A DNA stretch of 64,000 nucleotides, from assembly GCA_023334545.1 (NCBI GenBank), contig JAADVB010000033.1:42167-106166 (forward strand). Reading direction: 5' to 3'. The stretch comes from Salisapilia sapeloensis CBS 127946 (Eukaryota > Protista > Oomycota). Each line of letters opens with the position of its first letter. Position 1 is the first letter of the stretch. The notes below the pieces were generated by a model, which was not told the DNA's origin, ran no database searches, and worked only from the letters and a program-made list of their open reading frames with translations. Shown here piece by piece: positions 1 to 10,403 of the stretch. A program made the translations under genes and the position numbers.

Positions 1-116
1 CTTCAAATTGTCTCGTCGTAGGCATCTAATATTACAGGTTCCTTGTCGCATACGCTCTATACATAAAACCTTTTATAAAGTATGATATATCACAGTTCCA
101 TCGTATTTCGAAATAG

Positions 117-692
117 ATCAGTGCCCTGGCTTCAGGCCCACAATTAAAAGTCCGGATCAGCGAGCAAGTAGATATGCCATCGCCCAACAAGGATGACGTC
201 GAGCTATCGGAGAATGAGATCCGTTCCATGCTTCTAGGCCCGAACGGCAACTTGACGCGTGATTTCGAGGCCGTGCTCACGAAACTCTTCATCTCGTTCT
301 TGGAGCAGCCGACGGATCGCAGTCTCACCCTCGACAAGCTCCGTGAGTTCAGCAAAGTCTGCAACGACGGCAAGCAGTTCTCGGACGACGAGATCAAGGA
401 GATCCAGACGTACTTCCAGTGCGATGACAAGCGCGGACTCACTTTGAAAGGGTTCAAAGACATGTACCATACGCAATCGAGCGCCGAGCCATTGGAGACG
501 TGGCGTGACATGAAGAAGCTAGGCTACGCGCAAGACCTGCTGGACCGACGGGAGAAGGCTCTTCACTGCCGTGTGTGTGACGCACCGTCGAACCTTGTTT
601 GCTCTCGTTGCAAGACGGTGCGTTACTGTGGTGCGGAGTGTCAGAAGAAGGATTGGAAGAATGCGCATAAGAATGCTTGCAAACCTCTCTAA
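117..692 (+). CDS. EF-hand-like plus C-terminal MYND zinc-finger protein (probably 5'-incomplete)
   Basis: The C-terminus has MYND spacing (HCRVC..CSRCKTVRYCGAECQKKDWKNAHKNAC). The frame stays open upstream of ATG174 to an AG acceptor at 115-116. A candidate intron at 80-116 suggests further exons toward or beyond the window edge. Confidence 0.75.
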   Translation: MSALASGPQLKVRISEQVDMPSPNKDDVELSENEIRSMLLGPNGNLTRDFEAVLTKLFISFLEQPTDRSLTLDKLREFSKVCNDGKQFSDDEIKEIQTYFQCDDKRGLTLKGFKDMYHTQSSAEPLETWRDMKKLGYAQDLLDRREKALHCRVCDAPSNLVCSRCKTVRYCGAECQKKDWKNAHKNACKPL

Positions 693-748
693 CTAGCGTG
701 GAGAATGTAGACTTTGTGAGAGGGAAATAAAGACACGTTTGTTTTTTT

Positions 749-2689
749 CTAGTCTAAAGATACGCCCGTGTACTTTTCAAAGTTACTTTGGCTCTCGAGT
801 ACTTGTGCTACTTGCAACATGGCATCTTCTCGTCCATGGCCGCTTAACACTTGTAGGCCGAGTGGAAGGTTGGAAGTCTTTGTTAAGGCAGTAGGGACGG
901 AGAGAGCAGGGATGCCAGCCATGTTCGCCGGGACGGTCATCACGTCGTTCAAGTACATAGCGACCGGGTCGTCAGACTCCTGCATCTCCTTCATATCGAG
1001 CGGACCTGATGGCGTTGTGGGTGTCAACAACGCGTCGACTTGTTCAAAGCACGACTCAAAGTCCTGTCGAATGCGTTGACGAAGGAGGACAGCGCGTTCG
1101 TAGTAGTCGCTCATGGCGCCAGCTGATAGGACGAATGTACCGGACAAGATACGTCGCTGTACTTCGTCTCCAAAGCCTTCGGATCGAGTACGTTTGTACA
1201 GGTCATGGAGAGCATCAGACTGATCGTTAATCGATTCCAACGGTATGTCCTTGGCTCTATATAATGTGTGAGATCAAGACGGCCGAAATGGAATGTAAAG
1301 TCTACCGATGGCCGTAGCGAACACCGTCATAACGAGATAGATTGGAGGATGCCTCTGCACAAGCGATGATGTAGTAGGCGGGGATACATGTCTTTGTCAT
1401 GGGTAAGGAAACCTCGACGACCGTTGCTCCTATTCATAATTGTCAATATATCGTAGGCGTTATCCTATGTAACATGTAGTCGTACCTGCATCTTTCAGGT
1501 GTTTAATGCCTTGGTCCCAGACGTCGATAATCTCCTGTGGTAGTTCTTCGACAAAATATTCCTTTGGAACACCAATGCGTACACCTTCTAGCGACGTGAC
1601 CTGACTCTTGCGAACGTCCGAACACTAGTGCACATGGCATGAGCTAGAGTCACGAATGAAAGGAAGATGGTCGTACCCAATCGACAGGTAGTGGGGTTTG
1701 CATGCATGTCGAGTCTTTGTCGTCTGGACCGCTCATGGCCTCTAGCACGACAGCAGCATCGGCCACTGTGCGTGTAAATACGCCTGGAGTGTCCAAGGAA
1801 CTTGCGTACGAGATCATGCCATGGCGTGAAATACGTCCATAGGAAGGTTTAGTGCCAACGACACCGCAGTACGCTGCTGGCTATAGCCATATATTCATCA
1901 GATAGATTCGTATACAAGGAAGAAAAGGAGCGTACTTGTCGAACAGATCCACCAGTATCGGATCCAAGAGCAGCAAAGCAGCACCCAGAGGCAATGGCGG
2001 CGGCACTGCCACCAGAGCTACCACCAGCTACGATCTGCTTGTCTTTGGGTGACCACGGATTGATTGTGGCTCCATGGTACGAGTAGACTGTTGCAGATCC
2101 CATGGCGAACTCATCCATGTTCAATTTGCCAAGCGGAATGGCTCCTTTATTCAACAGGTTGGCCGTCGCGGTGGATTCGTATGGAGCAACAAAGTCTAGC
2201 GAGTGGCATTAGCAGCGATAGACGATGGATCTAGTGTATCATGAATATCGTACTGCTGAGCATTTTGGACGAAGCAGTGGTCGGTGTGTCCTTCATGCAA
2301 AAGATGTCTTTAACACCGATGGGAATGCCATCTAAAGGACCGAATGCAGCGTTCTTGGCACGTCTGTCATCCGAATCCTGCGCAAGCGATCGAGCTCGAT
2401 CAAAGTCTGTGTGGACAAACATGTTGAGCGACTTGGTTGCTTCAATCTGACGAATGCAAGCTTCCGTGAGCTCCATGGCAGTCGTTTGTCCACTTTGCAG
2501 TGCTTTGGATGCCTCCATTAAGCTCTTGCGAGTCCAGTCACTCGCATATCGCTGCTGTAGACTCGCCATACTAGATCTAGCGGAGCTCCATCTAGTTGCG
2601 TACACATTGCATATCACATACTTGTACTGGAAAGCATTTATTTCATTGCAAAAGTACCTTAGTCGTCTAGCAGAAGGTAGTACTCTCAT
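749..2689 (-). CDS. gatA: Glutamyl-tRNA(Gln) amidotransferase subunit A, organellar; multi-exon
   Basis: Amidase signature motifs [30 protein letters not shown] and [10 protein letters not shown]|PAAYCG, plus C-terminal [22 protein letters not shown]. Exons join through GT-AG introns. The Arg/Ser-rich N-terminus ([11 protein letters not shown]) resembles a mitochondrial targeting peptide. Confidence 0.93.
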
Positions 2690-2826
2690 CCTGAGCTCAA
2701 TCTCCACGTCAGGTCACTTGGATGTCCAAACGTCTCGTAATACATCGTTTATTTCGATACAAAGTCTCGTTCGTGATTGCATTTCGGACCTTTTTCTCAT
2801 TGGTAGAAAATTTAAGTTTAAGCTTT

Positions 2827-2839
2827 GATTGGCTGAAAA
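2827..2839 (+). promoter_or_regulatory. Extended CCAAT box (GATTGGCTGAAAA) in the GatA/RPL28 bidirectional promoter
   Basis: ATTGG core between divergent genes; a near-identical extended motif recurs at 34754 and 36597. Confidence 0.6.
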
Positions 2840-2981
2840 CCCCTCTGATCGACGACTGGCGGAGGTGGACACCAAAAGCACGCATCGCTTCCATTCCCAA
2901 GCTAAAGCACCGACAATCAGGTATGTTCATGTCCATGTATGGCCATGTAGATGCATTTTCATTTACAATTTGTCTATTAGA

Positions 2982-3456
2982 ATGGGTTCCGACACTCTCA
3001 CGTGGCTCGTCACCAAGAAGACTTCTTCCTTCCGTGTGAAGCGCGACAAGGCCGAGTTCTCGGCTGAGCCGTTCAACCTCATGAACCGCAACTGCGAAAA
3101 GTTCTCCGGTTTCTCTGCTGTCAAGGGTGCTGACATTGCCCTTAAGGACGGCAAGATCAACTTGACCACCAAGAAGGTCAAGCACCCGCAGCAGCCTGCC
3201 AAGGCTCGTCACGTCGTCCCGCTCCGTAAGGGCGCTCGTGCTGGTGCCAAGACCATTGACGCCAACATCGCCAAGAACCACTACCGTGCGGACCTCCGTT
3301 CTGCTGCTTTGGCTCGCTGGTCGCGTCTCAGCACCGTCTCCAAGATCGAGAAGGGTGCGTCCTGTCGTTGTTTCTACCTCATGATCCTCTTGTACTTACA
3401 CGACTGTAGGTGTCCTGAAGAAGCGTGCTATCCGCAGCCGTCGCGTCAAGGCCTAA
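2982..3456 (+). CDS. RPL28: 60S ribosomal protein L28e
   Basis: MGSDTLTWLVTKKTSSFRVKR...FSAEPFNLMNRNCEKFSG...YRADLRSAALAR. Coding intron 3355-3409 gives the C-terminus GVLKKRAIRSRRVKA*. A 5'-UTR intron (2921-2980) ends 1 nt before the ATG. Confidence 0.93.
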
Positions 3457-3660
3457 GTATCTCTTGCCTGGGCAGTGTCCATGAGTACGAATCTACGAGA
3501 CGTAGGTTTTGCTCGTGGCGTGAGGGGATAAGTAAAACAAGGGAAATACAGGGAACTACAGGTGCTTGTTTCTCTACTTTGGAACGGAATTGTTGTCAGT
3601 TGGATAGAAGCAGTTTTTACCTTGTTGTAACTTTCGTTGACCAGTCGCTTTCATTTGACC

Positions 3661-6512
3661 ATGCCTGGGTTACGCCTCCAATCGGAGCAACCAGACGCCT
3701 CGGTCGTGCATGACTTACGGTCGTCTCGAACGTTGCTTGGGAAAGGAGCGTCATGTGATGTGGTCGTAAATGGTAATGACGTCCAGGACGTACATGCGGT
3801 GATCCAATTGGACGCTGGAAAACATGCTCGGCTCGTTCCATTATCCGGTACGAATGGACCGTGCTATCTTAATGGGAACTTAGTGCATCCTGATGGGATG
3901 GTGATTGCCCATGGAGATCAAATTACTCTAGGAGATACTTCCGAGCCGCTCTACTTTGATGACTATAAGAATGAACAACCATCGAGTACCACATCGCCTC
4001 ATTACTCGGTGGACTCTACTCGGCAGTCGACATCATTAAAAAGTGTCGAGTTCCGTCGAGCTTTAAATGCTTTACGAGGAGACAAATCCACAAAGGCACG
4101 TCGTTCAGTACTAGCGAATTCATCTTTTAATGCCAGGCGTAGACAGGAAGGTAGTTCAGCCTCAAGTTCCAAGGACCAACTAAATCGGTTTTTAGCAGAA
4201 GCTTCCTCGGACTCTGTCTTGAGTAACTTTGTAGATAAGAAACTCGGTAGAAGTCAAGGAAAGGAATCTCGACGGAAATTGTCTGTCTTGGAACCTCCTC
4301 CGTCGCTATCGTCTTCAGCTGTCTCGTCGGTCAGATCTTCTATTGAGAGTCAAAAGAATCGTGAGCAATTGAATGAGCCTAAGAGCTCAAGAATGCTGTC
4401 AACAAAAGAGCGAAACCAAGCTGAATTAGAAAAACTACGACTCTCGCAGCAAGTTCGGGAAATCAACAAAGTATGAATGTTACATAGCTACCCGTCATCC
4501 ATTGATTACTTTGATGACTCTTGCAGGTACTAAACGGATCGCTCGACTTTAAATCAAGCTATCTCAGTGAAGACAAAATCAATCCATCCATCCAAAGCTC
4601 GATAAAAGATCAAAGCAGCATGGGATCACGCCATGCAATTGGCAATGAATTCGTGCATTCGTCATCCATTTCCCAAGCCAAGTTTCTACAGCGACGGAAA
4701 TCACTGGTAGACAGCACCAGCTCTCACAATCTGCATAAAACTTTACTTCAAAGCACGGAGAGCCAAGATGATCTTGCCCACAAGGGCGACAAGAAAGATT
4801 GTGGCCCCACATTGGTAGATAAAGCTGTGGGATCATCAAAACCAATGGAGTTACCACTTCCATCGGTCGATCCTAAAGATAAATCCCATCAACGCACTCG
4901 TTTGCATCAAATGGCGATTGATAAATTTATTCGAAACAAGCAGCGTGAAATTGTAAGCGATGCTTATGTGCAGTGGGTGCGTAGCGTTCGTATCTACAAA
5001 GAGCGGCAACATCATCTGCAAATACAACTTAAAAACGTTTATACTCGATTGCAAAGATATAATCGAAAGGATACTTTTCATGCATGGCGAAATTTGATGG
5101 TACACCACGACACTCTTCTGGAGAATAGGCTCACGACGATGAGAGCTCATGTGGATCGAAGGCGATTGTCAAATATGTGGCATGGATGGATGCATCATAT
5201 CTCGGATATTAAACGAAAGCATTCAATTCTTCGGCTACTGATCCTTCAGCGAAGGAAAAATGTGTTACGTGGTGGGATGAAGAAGTGGCTATCTCTCGTA
5301 GCTCCTTCCTCTGACCCACATGTGAACGATGATGAACGGGATGAGCTAATGTGCCGCATAATTGATCAAAGCCTTCGAAAGAGAGTTGTCCAACGGTACT
5401 TAAGCCAATGGAAGGAATGTGTTCAAGCACATAGGAGACGTTCAAAGCAGTTAAAAGGTGTTTTGGCACTTCTCGCTGTTAAAAGGAAATTGAAGTGGTG
5501 GCACGTGTGGCGACAGAATGCTTACAATGTGAAGATCTCTTTGGAGGTACAACAGGGAGCTAAGGAATACATGACACTGAAAGGAGAGTGGCAAAGACAG
5601 AAGCAGCGTGTTGAAGAAGGTGAACGTAAAATTCAAGCTCTGCATCAAAAGTTATCGATGGCAGAGCACCAGTGTGACGAGTTAAAGAGAAGTCACAACC
5701 AAGCTGAGCCACAAGAGGTACAAAAAGCTATACACCTACTTTTATATCAGTAAGCCAACGCCATTATGTTTTGTACTAGAAAATAGACAAGAAGAATTGC
5801 AAGCGTATCAAGCAGTTTCTCGAAGAGACAGTGTCTCAGGTACAAATCCTCGTATTGATCCGAAAATAAGTATGAATACTAACGGTGTGCCCCAAAGACG
5901 GATAATCATATTTTCACACTCAGCTCGAAGCTGGAGGAACTAGTGGAGCTCTCTGACGTTGATGTAAAACGAGCTCAGCTTCAAGCTGCTTCTGTACGTA
6001 ACGCATTCAGCCTAATTCTTGTAGATTATAATTTGAAATGTGCTGTAGTTCTTAGTGGAGACGATGGTCGACCAGAAAGTCAAGATCGCAGAAACAGAGG
6101 TACAAGAGCTCCACAGCATCCGAGATAGCCTCATCAACAGAGCTGCCTTAGCAGAAGCTCCTGTACCCACGGATTTGGACATCAATGAATTTCTCGAGAA
6201 CAGCAAAAGCGGGTACATGTTCGCTATCGTAAAGCAGGTACGAGAGCCTGTAGCATCACCCTGATGAAGTTGATTAAACAAGTATAAATTATTTAGCGTC
6301 TTAAGAGGTACACTCAATTGCTGCAAGGAATAGCAGAACTGGCGGCAATGGATGCAGATGGCGAAGCTGATGGAGGAAAACTACGACACGCCATGTACTT
6401 GGTTCAAACTGTCGGGCGACGGGCCTCGGCGCATTTGACAACGATGGTTCAGTTACATTACAACAGTAGGATGGATAAGTCAGATCCACCGTCACTAGCT
6501 CGAAAGGCATAA
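3661..6512 (+). CDS. FHA-like domain, Sfi1-like Trp repeats and coiled-coil protein; multi-exon
   Basis: N-terminal FHA-like fold (LLGKGASCDVVV..VHAVI..CYLNG..IAHGDQITLG). Periodic (F/L)xxW repeats lie in 4940-5520. ORFs 3637, 4521, 6055 and 6318 are linkable by GT-AG introns; the 3' exons are less certain. Confidence 0.65.
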
Positions 6513-6520
6513 TACATCTA

Positions 6521-6862
6521 TTAAAAGTCAAGCAGTAACTGCGCTAGTATTTGCTCTACATGTCGTGGCTCGACGGTATCTGCGTCATCTACCATAGCCT
6601 CCACCTGTGCTCTATGCAAAGCTTCGATTACGAAAAGCTTGAGGTATTCACTACTAAGTTTCAGTGCATCCTGGTTAATCTTGGTAACTTGCGTAGCTGC
6701 TGATCGAATATCGTCCCTGGCATTCCTGTCACTCTCATCGTCGCTACCATCCACACTAATGATTTCCGTTGCGTTTTCTTTTTCCTCCGCAGTCACCGCA
6801 TTTTCTTGTGCCTCCCAGACCTGTCGAAAGATGCGTTCAACGACACTCTTCTTCAGGCTCAT
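6521..6862 (-). CDS. CENPX: Centromere protein X (CENP-X/MHF2) histone-fold protein
   Basis: KINQDALKLSSEYLKLFVIEALHRA...VEPRHVEQILAQLLLDF* matches the CENP-X family, including the terminal LLLDF. Confidence 0.88.
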   Translation of the reverse strand: MSLKKSVVERIFRQVWEAQENAVTAEEKENATEIISVDGSDDESDRNARDDIRSAATQVTKINQDALKLSSEYLKLFVIEALHRAQVEAMVDDADTVEPRHVEQILAQLLLDF

Positions 6863-7189
6863 CACTCGTCTGCTTAGCTTGTCTGATATGTTGTTTGGTA
6901 GTCATTTTATCCGGACAGACACCAACTATATGCATTATTCTGAAATGGCATTTTCTCGTCTATCTACTTCGATATAATCGCTCTGCTCCTGCATACCTCA
7001 ACTAGCCTTTTGCATGAGCTTCAATAAGATAGACGTATGCAGATCGAACTCTTCTGCAATGCTCATGAGTTTACTTTTCAATCCCATAGTATATTCAAGT
7101 ACATTGCATTGCGGGAGTCCCATATATTAATCAAGTTTAATTGTCGTGACGGATCCATATCCAAACGCACTTGAACATCAAGAGATAAG

Positions 7190-8146
7190 ATGAGCAAGAG
7201 AGTGATCGTAGTTGGCTCTGTGAACGCCGATATTGTCGTCGAGCTAGAACGTCTACCGCAGCGTGGTGAGACTGTGTCCTCAAGCAAACCGGACACAGGT
7301 CGTTTCTTCCCAGGGGGTAAAGGTGCAAACCAAGCTGCAGCCGCTGCCAACCTGATTTCGAGCGAATCCTCACTCGAAGGATGCTCCTTTGCTGGTCAAT
7401 TCGGTCAAGATGTGCATGGGAATGCATTGCAAAAAGCACTTTCAGATGTAGGTGTCGATCTCTCACTGTCATCTACTCAAGACACTCCTTCCGGTCAAGC
7501 TTTCGTCTTCGTGTATCCAGATGGAGACAATTCCATCGTCATTGTAGGCGGTGCAAATGCCCAATGGCCATCTCCTCTACCAGAAAAACTATCTAGAGCA
7601 ATTCAAGATGCATCCATCGTTCTGCTCCAGACCGAAATCCCTGCTCAGGTCAATGCCGAAGTCGCCCGCGTCGCGTCCGAAGCTGGCGTATCGGTCATGT
7701 GGGATACGGGAGGAGAGGACCGTCCGATCGACGCATCGCTACTTCCTTACATCACCTACCTCTGTCCGAACGAAAGTGAATTGGCTCGACTGTCTAACAT
7801 GAAGGTCGAGACTAAGGACGATGCAATCGCTGCCGCGAGGTCCATGCAGTCTCAAGGCGCCAACCACTTCTTGGTGACGCTTGGATCGTCCGGATCGGTC
7901 TTCATCCCATCCGACTCCAACCAAGAAATCGTCTACCAGCCTTGTTACAAAGTAGACAACGTCGTCGACACCACAGGCGCAGGTGACTGCTACCGAGCTG
8001 CATTTGCTGTCGCGATTGCCGAAGGCAAGTCGATCCAAGTGAGCATGCAGCAGGCTGCTGCTGCAAGTGCTTTGTGCGTGCAGGTACAAGGTGCGATGCC
8101 GAGCATGCCGACTCCGTCTCAAGTCTCGACGTTCTTGAAAGAATAA
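7190..8146 (+). CDS. RBKS: Ribokinase (PfkB family)
   Basis: VVGSVNAD, PGGKGANQAAA, PNESEL and VDTTGAGD motifs; intronless. Confidence 0.92.
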   Translation: MSKRVIVVGSVNADIVVELERLPQRGETVSSSKPDTGRFFPGGKGANQAAAAANLISSESSLEGCSFAGQFGQDVHGNALQKALSDVGVDLSLSSTQDTPSGQAFVFVYPDGDNSIVIVGGANAQWPSPLPEKLSRAIQDASIVLLQTEIPAQVNAEVARVASEAGVSVMWDTGGEDRPIDASLLPYITYLCPNESELARLSNMKVETKDDAIAAARSMQSQGANHFLVTLGSSGSVFIPSDSNQEIVYQPCYKVDNVVDTTGAGDCYRAAFAVAIAEGKSIQVSMQQAAAASALCVQVQGAMPSMPTPSQVSTFLKE

Positions 8147-8208
8147 CAACAAGACAAAATAGTCTGCTCGTTCGTCTTTACTTATATGTTACACAATATA
8201 ACGAACGC

Positions 8209-9990
8209 TCATGCTAGTTGGATCTCCGATGATTGCTCCGGATATGATATGACGCTGCTCGTTCTCGACTCGACTGGACTTTGATAGTTCTTCCAACGAC
8301 TTTCAAAGTATGGACGACGAGCTTCTAATCCTTTGGGAGTTATCTGATAGACACTAAAGGATAAACGTAGCTGAGGCACGACGTGGTCACCTAGGAATGA
8401 CACGGTGACAGGATGATTTAGCTCGCCTGTATTCGCACGGATCCAATCGGCGACACGGCGAGTGGCACAGATCTGACCACCAGTACCGACGTCTGTGACT
8501 TCACTTGCGAATACTTCCGACATGCCAGTGTACGTGACATTACCAGTGACCGAGTGTGTGCTACGTACGAGTACGCCGTCACTCGGATCTGCGGCGTGGA
8601 TACCCATGCGGACACGTAAGCCATTGAACGTCCACTTGATCGTCTTGTTTCGATCCATATACTTCACTTTTGCCTTCTCCCGCTTTGTCGCTGGGATGGC
8701 ATTATGAAGTGCCTTGGGCCACTTGGCACACAATAGTTCGAATTGAACGGCAGAACAATAGTCTACAGCTTCCTGGATTGTGTGGAAAGCGAGTTGGAAG
8801 GCATCACCCACAGTCGTGATCTCATATCCGTGATGTAACGGAAGTAGTGCTCGTATCAATTCATCATGCAGTTCATTCGCGACAGACATAATTTCTCCGT
8901 CCTTGAGACCCCATAGAGCAGTGGAGGACTCAATGTCTGTGTAGACAAAGACAGGGTAGGCACTTGGGGCGTCGTAGAGTGGGATGTCAATAGGTGGCAT
9001 GATGGCGTTGTTCATATTCGTCGGTAGTCGATCTGCATACTTTTCAGGTAAATATCGTTGGAAGAGGTGGAAGACCCACTCTTGACTGCATCCGATGGCT
9101 ATGGAGAGAGCTGTCCCAGAGTTGTTGAATAGAAGCGTGCTGATGCCAATGATAGGTGCTGGGATATCGACGTCGAAGTCGGACGAGACGAGGATGATCG
9201 TAATGACTTGATACTGGAGAGAGAAGAGTCCGTAGACGACCCTATGGGTAGATTATTAGGCAGAGAAGAGAGTAGTGGTCTAGTGACAGACTTACATGAT
9301 CGCTCGAATGCGTTTGTAGAGAGGTGAGGCAACTTGGTCGCCTTGGATCGAAGCATATTTGCGTCCAGTGAGGTTGAGATTGATGAGGACAGAGCTGACG
9401 TAGACGAGTGCGACGGCTTGGACGGTGTTGCCACTGACGATGACGCGCGTAAAATTGGCAAAGAAGCCTTTGTTCATGGCTGTGTACACCGTCTCGGCTG
9501 CGAAGAAGGCGATGATGGCGACATGTATCCAGATGCAATAGTGACGAACCGTCCGGCGCTCACGCTGGATGCCACGGTCCATGGACCGACGTGCAAGCTT
9601 GGACAGTTCGTGCGTCATTGGTAGCATCCACAAGGAGGATGCCATGAGAGCTGTGTCACCCATGACGACAATGACGGACAGCCAAGGTCGACTTAGGTCG
9701 GTGAATAGAGCTGCGTCACTGAGTCCAATGGCGTCATGGTAGGTCGTGTGGGAGCCATCGCCTTGATTTGATTCGTCCGCCGTCGGTTCGTCTCCTTCAA
9801 TTAACGAATTCAAGTAGAAGATGCCTCGGAACAGAGACCATAGGCATAAATAGAAGAAGAAGACGACGAGTAGGAATTGGACAGCCGAGGACCGGATGTG
9901 GGAATGGAGGTACAAGTGGAAAGTGACGGCGCCAGCAGAGAGACTGGAGATAATGAGTGAGATGGAATATAAGAGACTCCAGAACAGCAT
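8209..9990 (-). CDS. 7TM receptor-like protein fused to a class III nucleotide cyclase domain (GPCR-AC type); 2 exons
   Basis: Intron 9242-9295 (AT|GTAAGT...CCCATAG|G) joins ORF 9292..10035 in frame to ORF 8209..9015, with no stop in 9241-9016. Seven hydrophobic segments precede FVYTDIESSTALW / YEITTVGDAFQLAF / LRVRMGIH. About 575 aa. Confidence 0.85.
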
Positions 9991-10330
9991 GATGCAAATA
10001 GAGTGAGCAGCCGTCCGGCAACGGTCGGCTTCCACAGAGCTAAATGGAAAGGAGTCAGAGTTGGATAGGATTCGGCAACTGGAGTGACTCTCTTTCAGTA
10101 TAGGAATGAATTGAGATGAGGTTGGATGGCCACATTTCTTGCCGTTAGGTGTTACGATGGCACGAACCGTTTAAAACGAGTGCCGAGGCGACCGCAATCG
10201 CCGACCAAGCTTTGATTTGTGGCGAAAATTCTCACCACAATGCAGCGAATACCTACACATTTCGAAGTTGGCCATTAGGGTAGCGCATTACTGCTCTCGT
10301 TAAAAAATCGTAGTGATGAATTTAAAAAAA

Positions 10331-10403
10331 TGGTCATGCAGGGGCTCGAACCCTGGACCGCAGCGTTATTAGCACTGTGCTCTACCGACTGAGCTACACG
10401 ACC
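10331..10403 (-). tRNA. tRNA-Ile(AAU)
   Basis: GGTCGTG-TA-GCTCAGTCGGTAGAGC-A-CAGTG CT AAT AA CGCTG-CGGTC-CAGGG TTCGAGC CCCTG-CATGACC-A forms a full cloverleaf. A T7 Pol III terminator follows immediately. Confidence 0.95.

Noticed and set aside
8209-9015. Stand-alone soluble adenylate cyclase ORF
   Set aside because: The frame is open upstream to a splice acceptor; it is better explained as exon 2 of the 7TM fusion.
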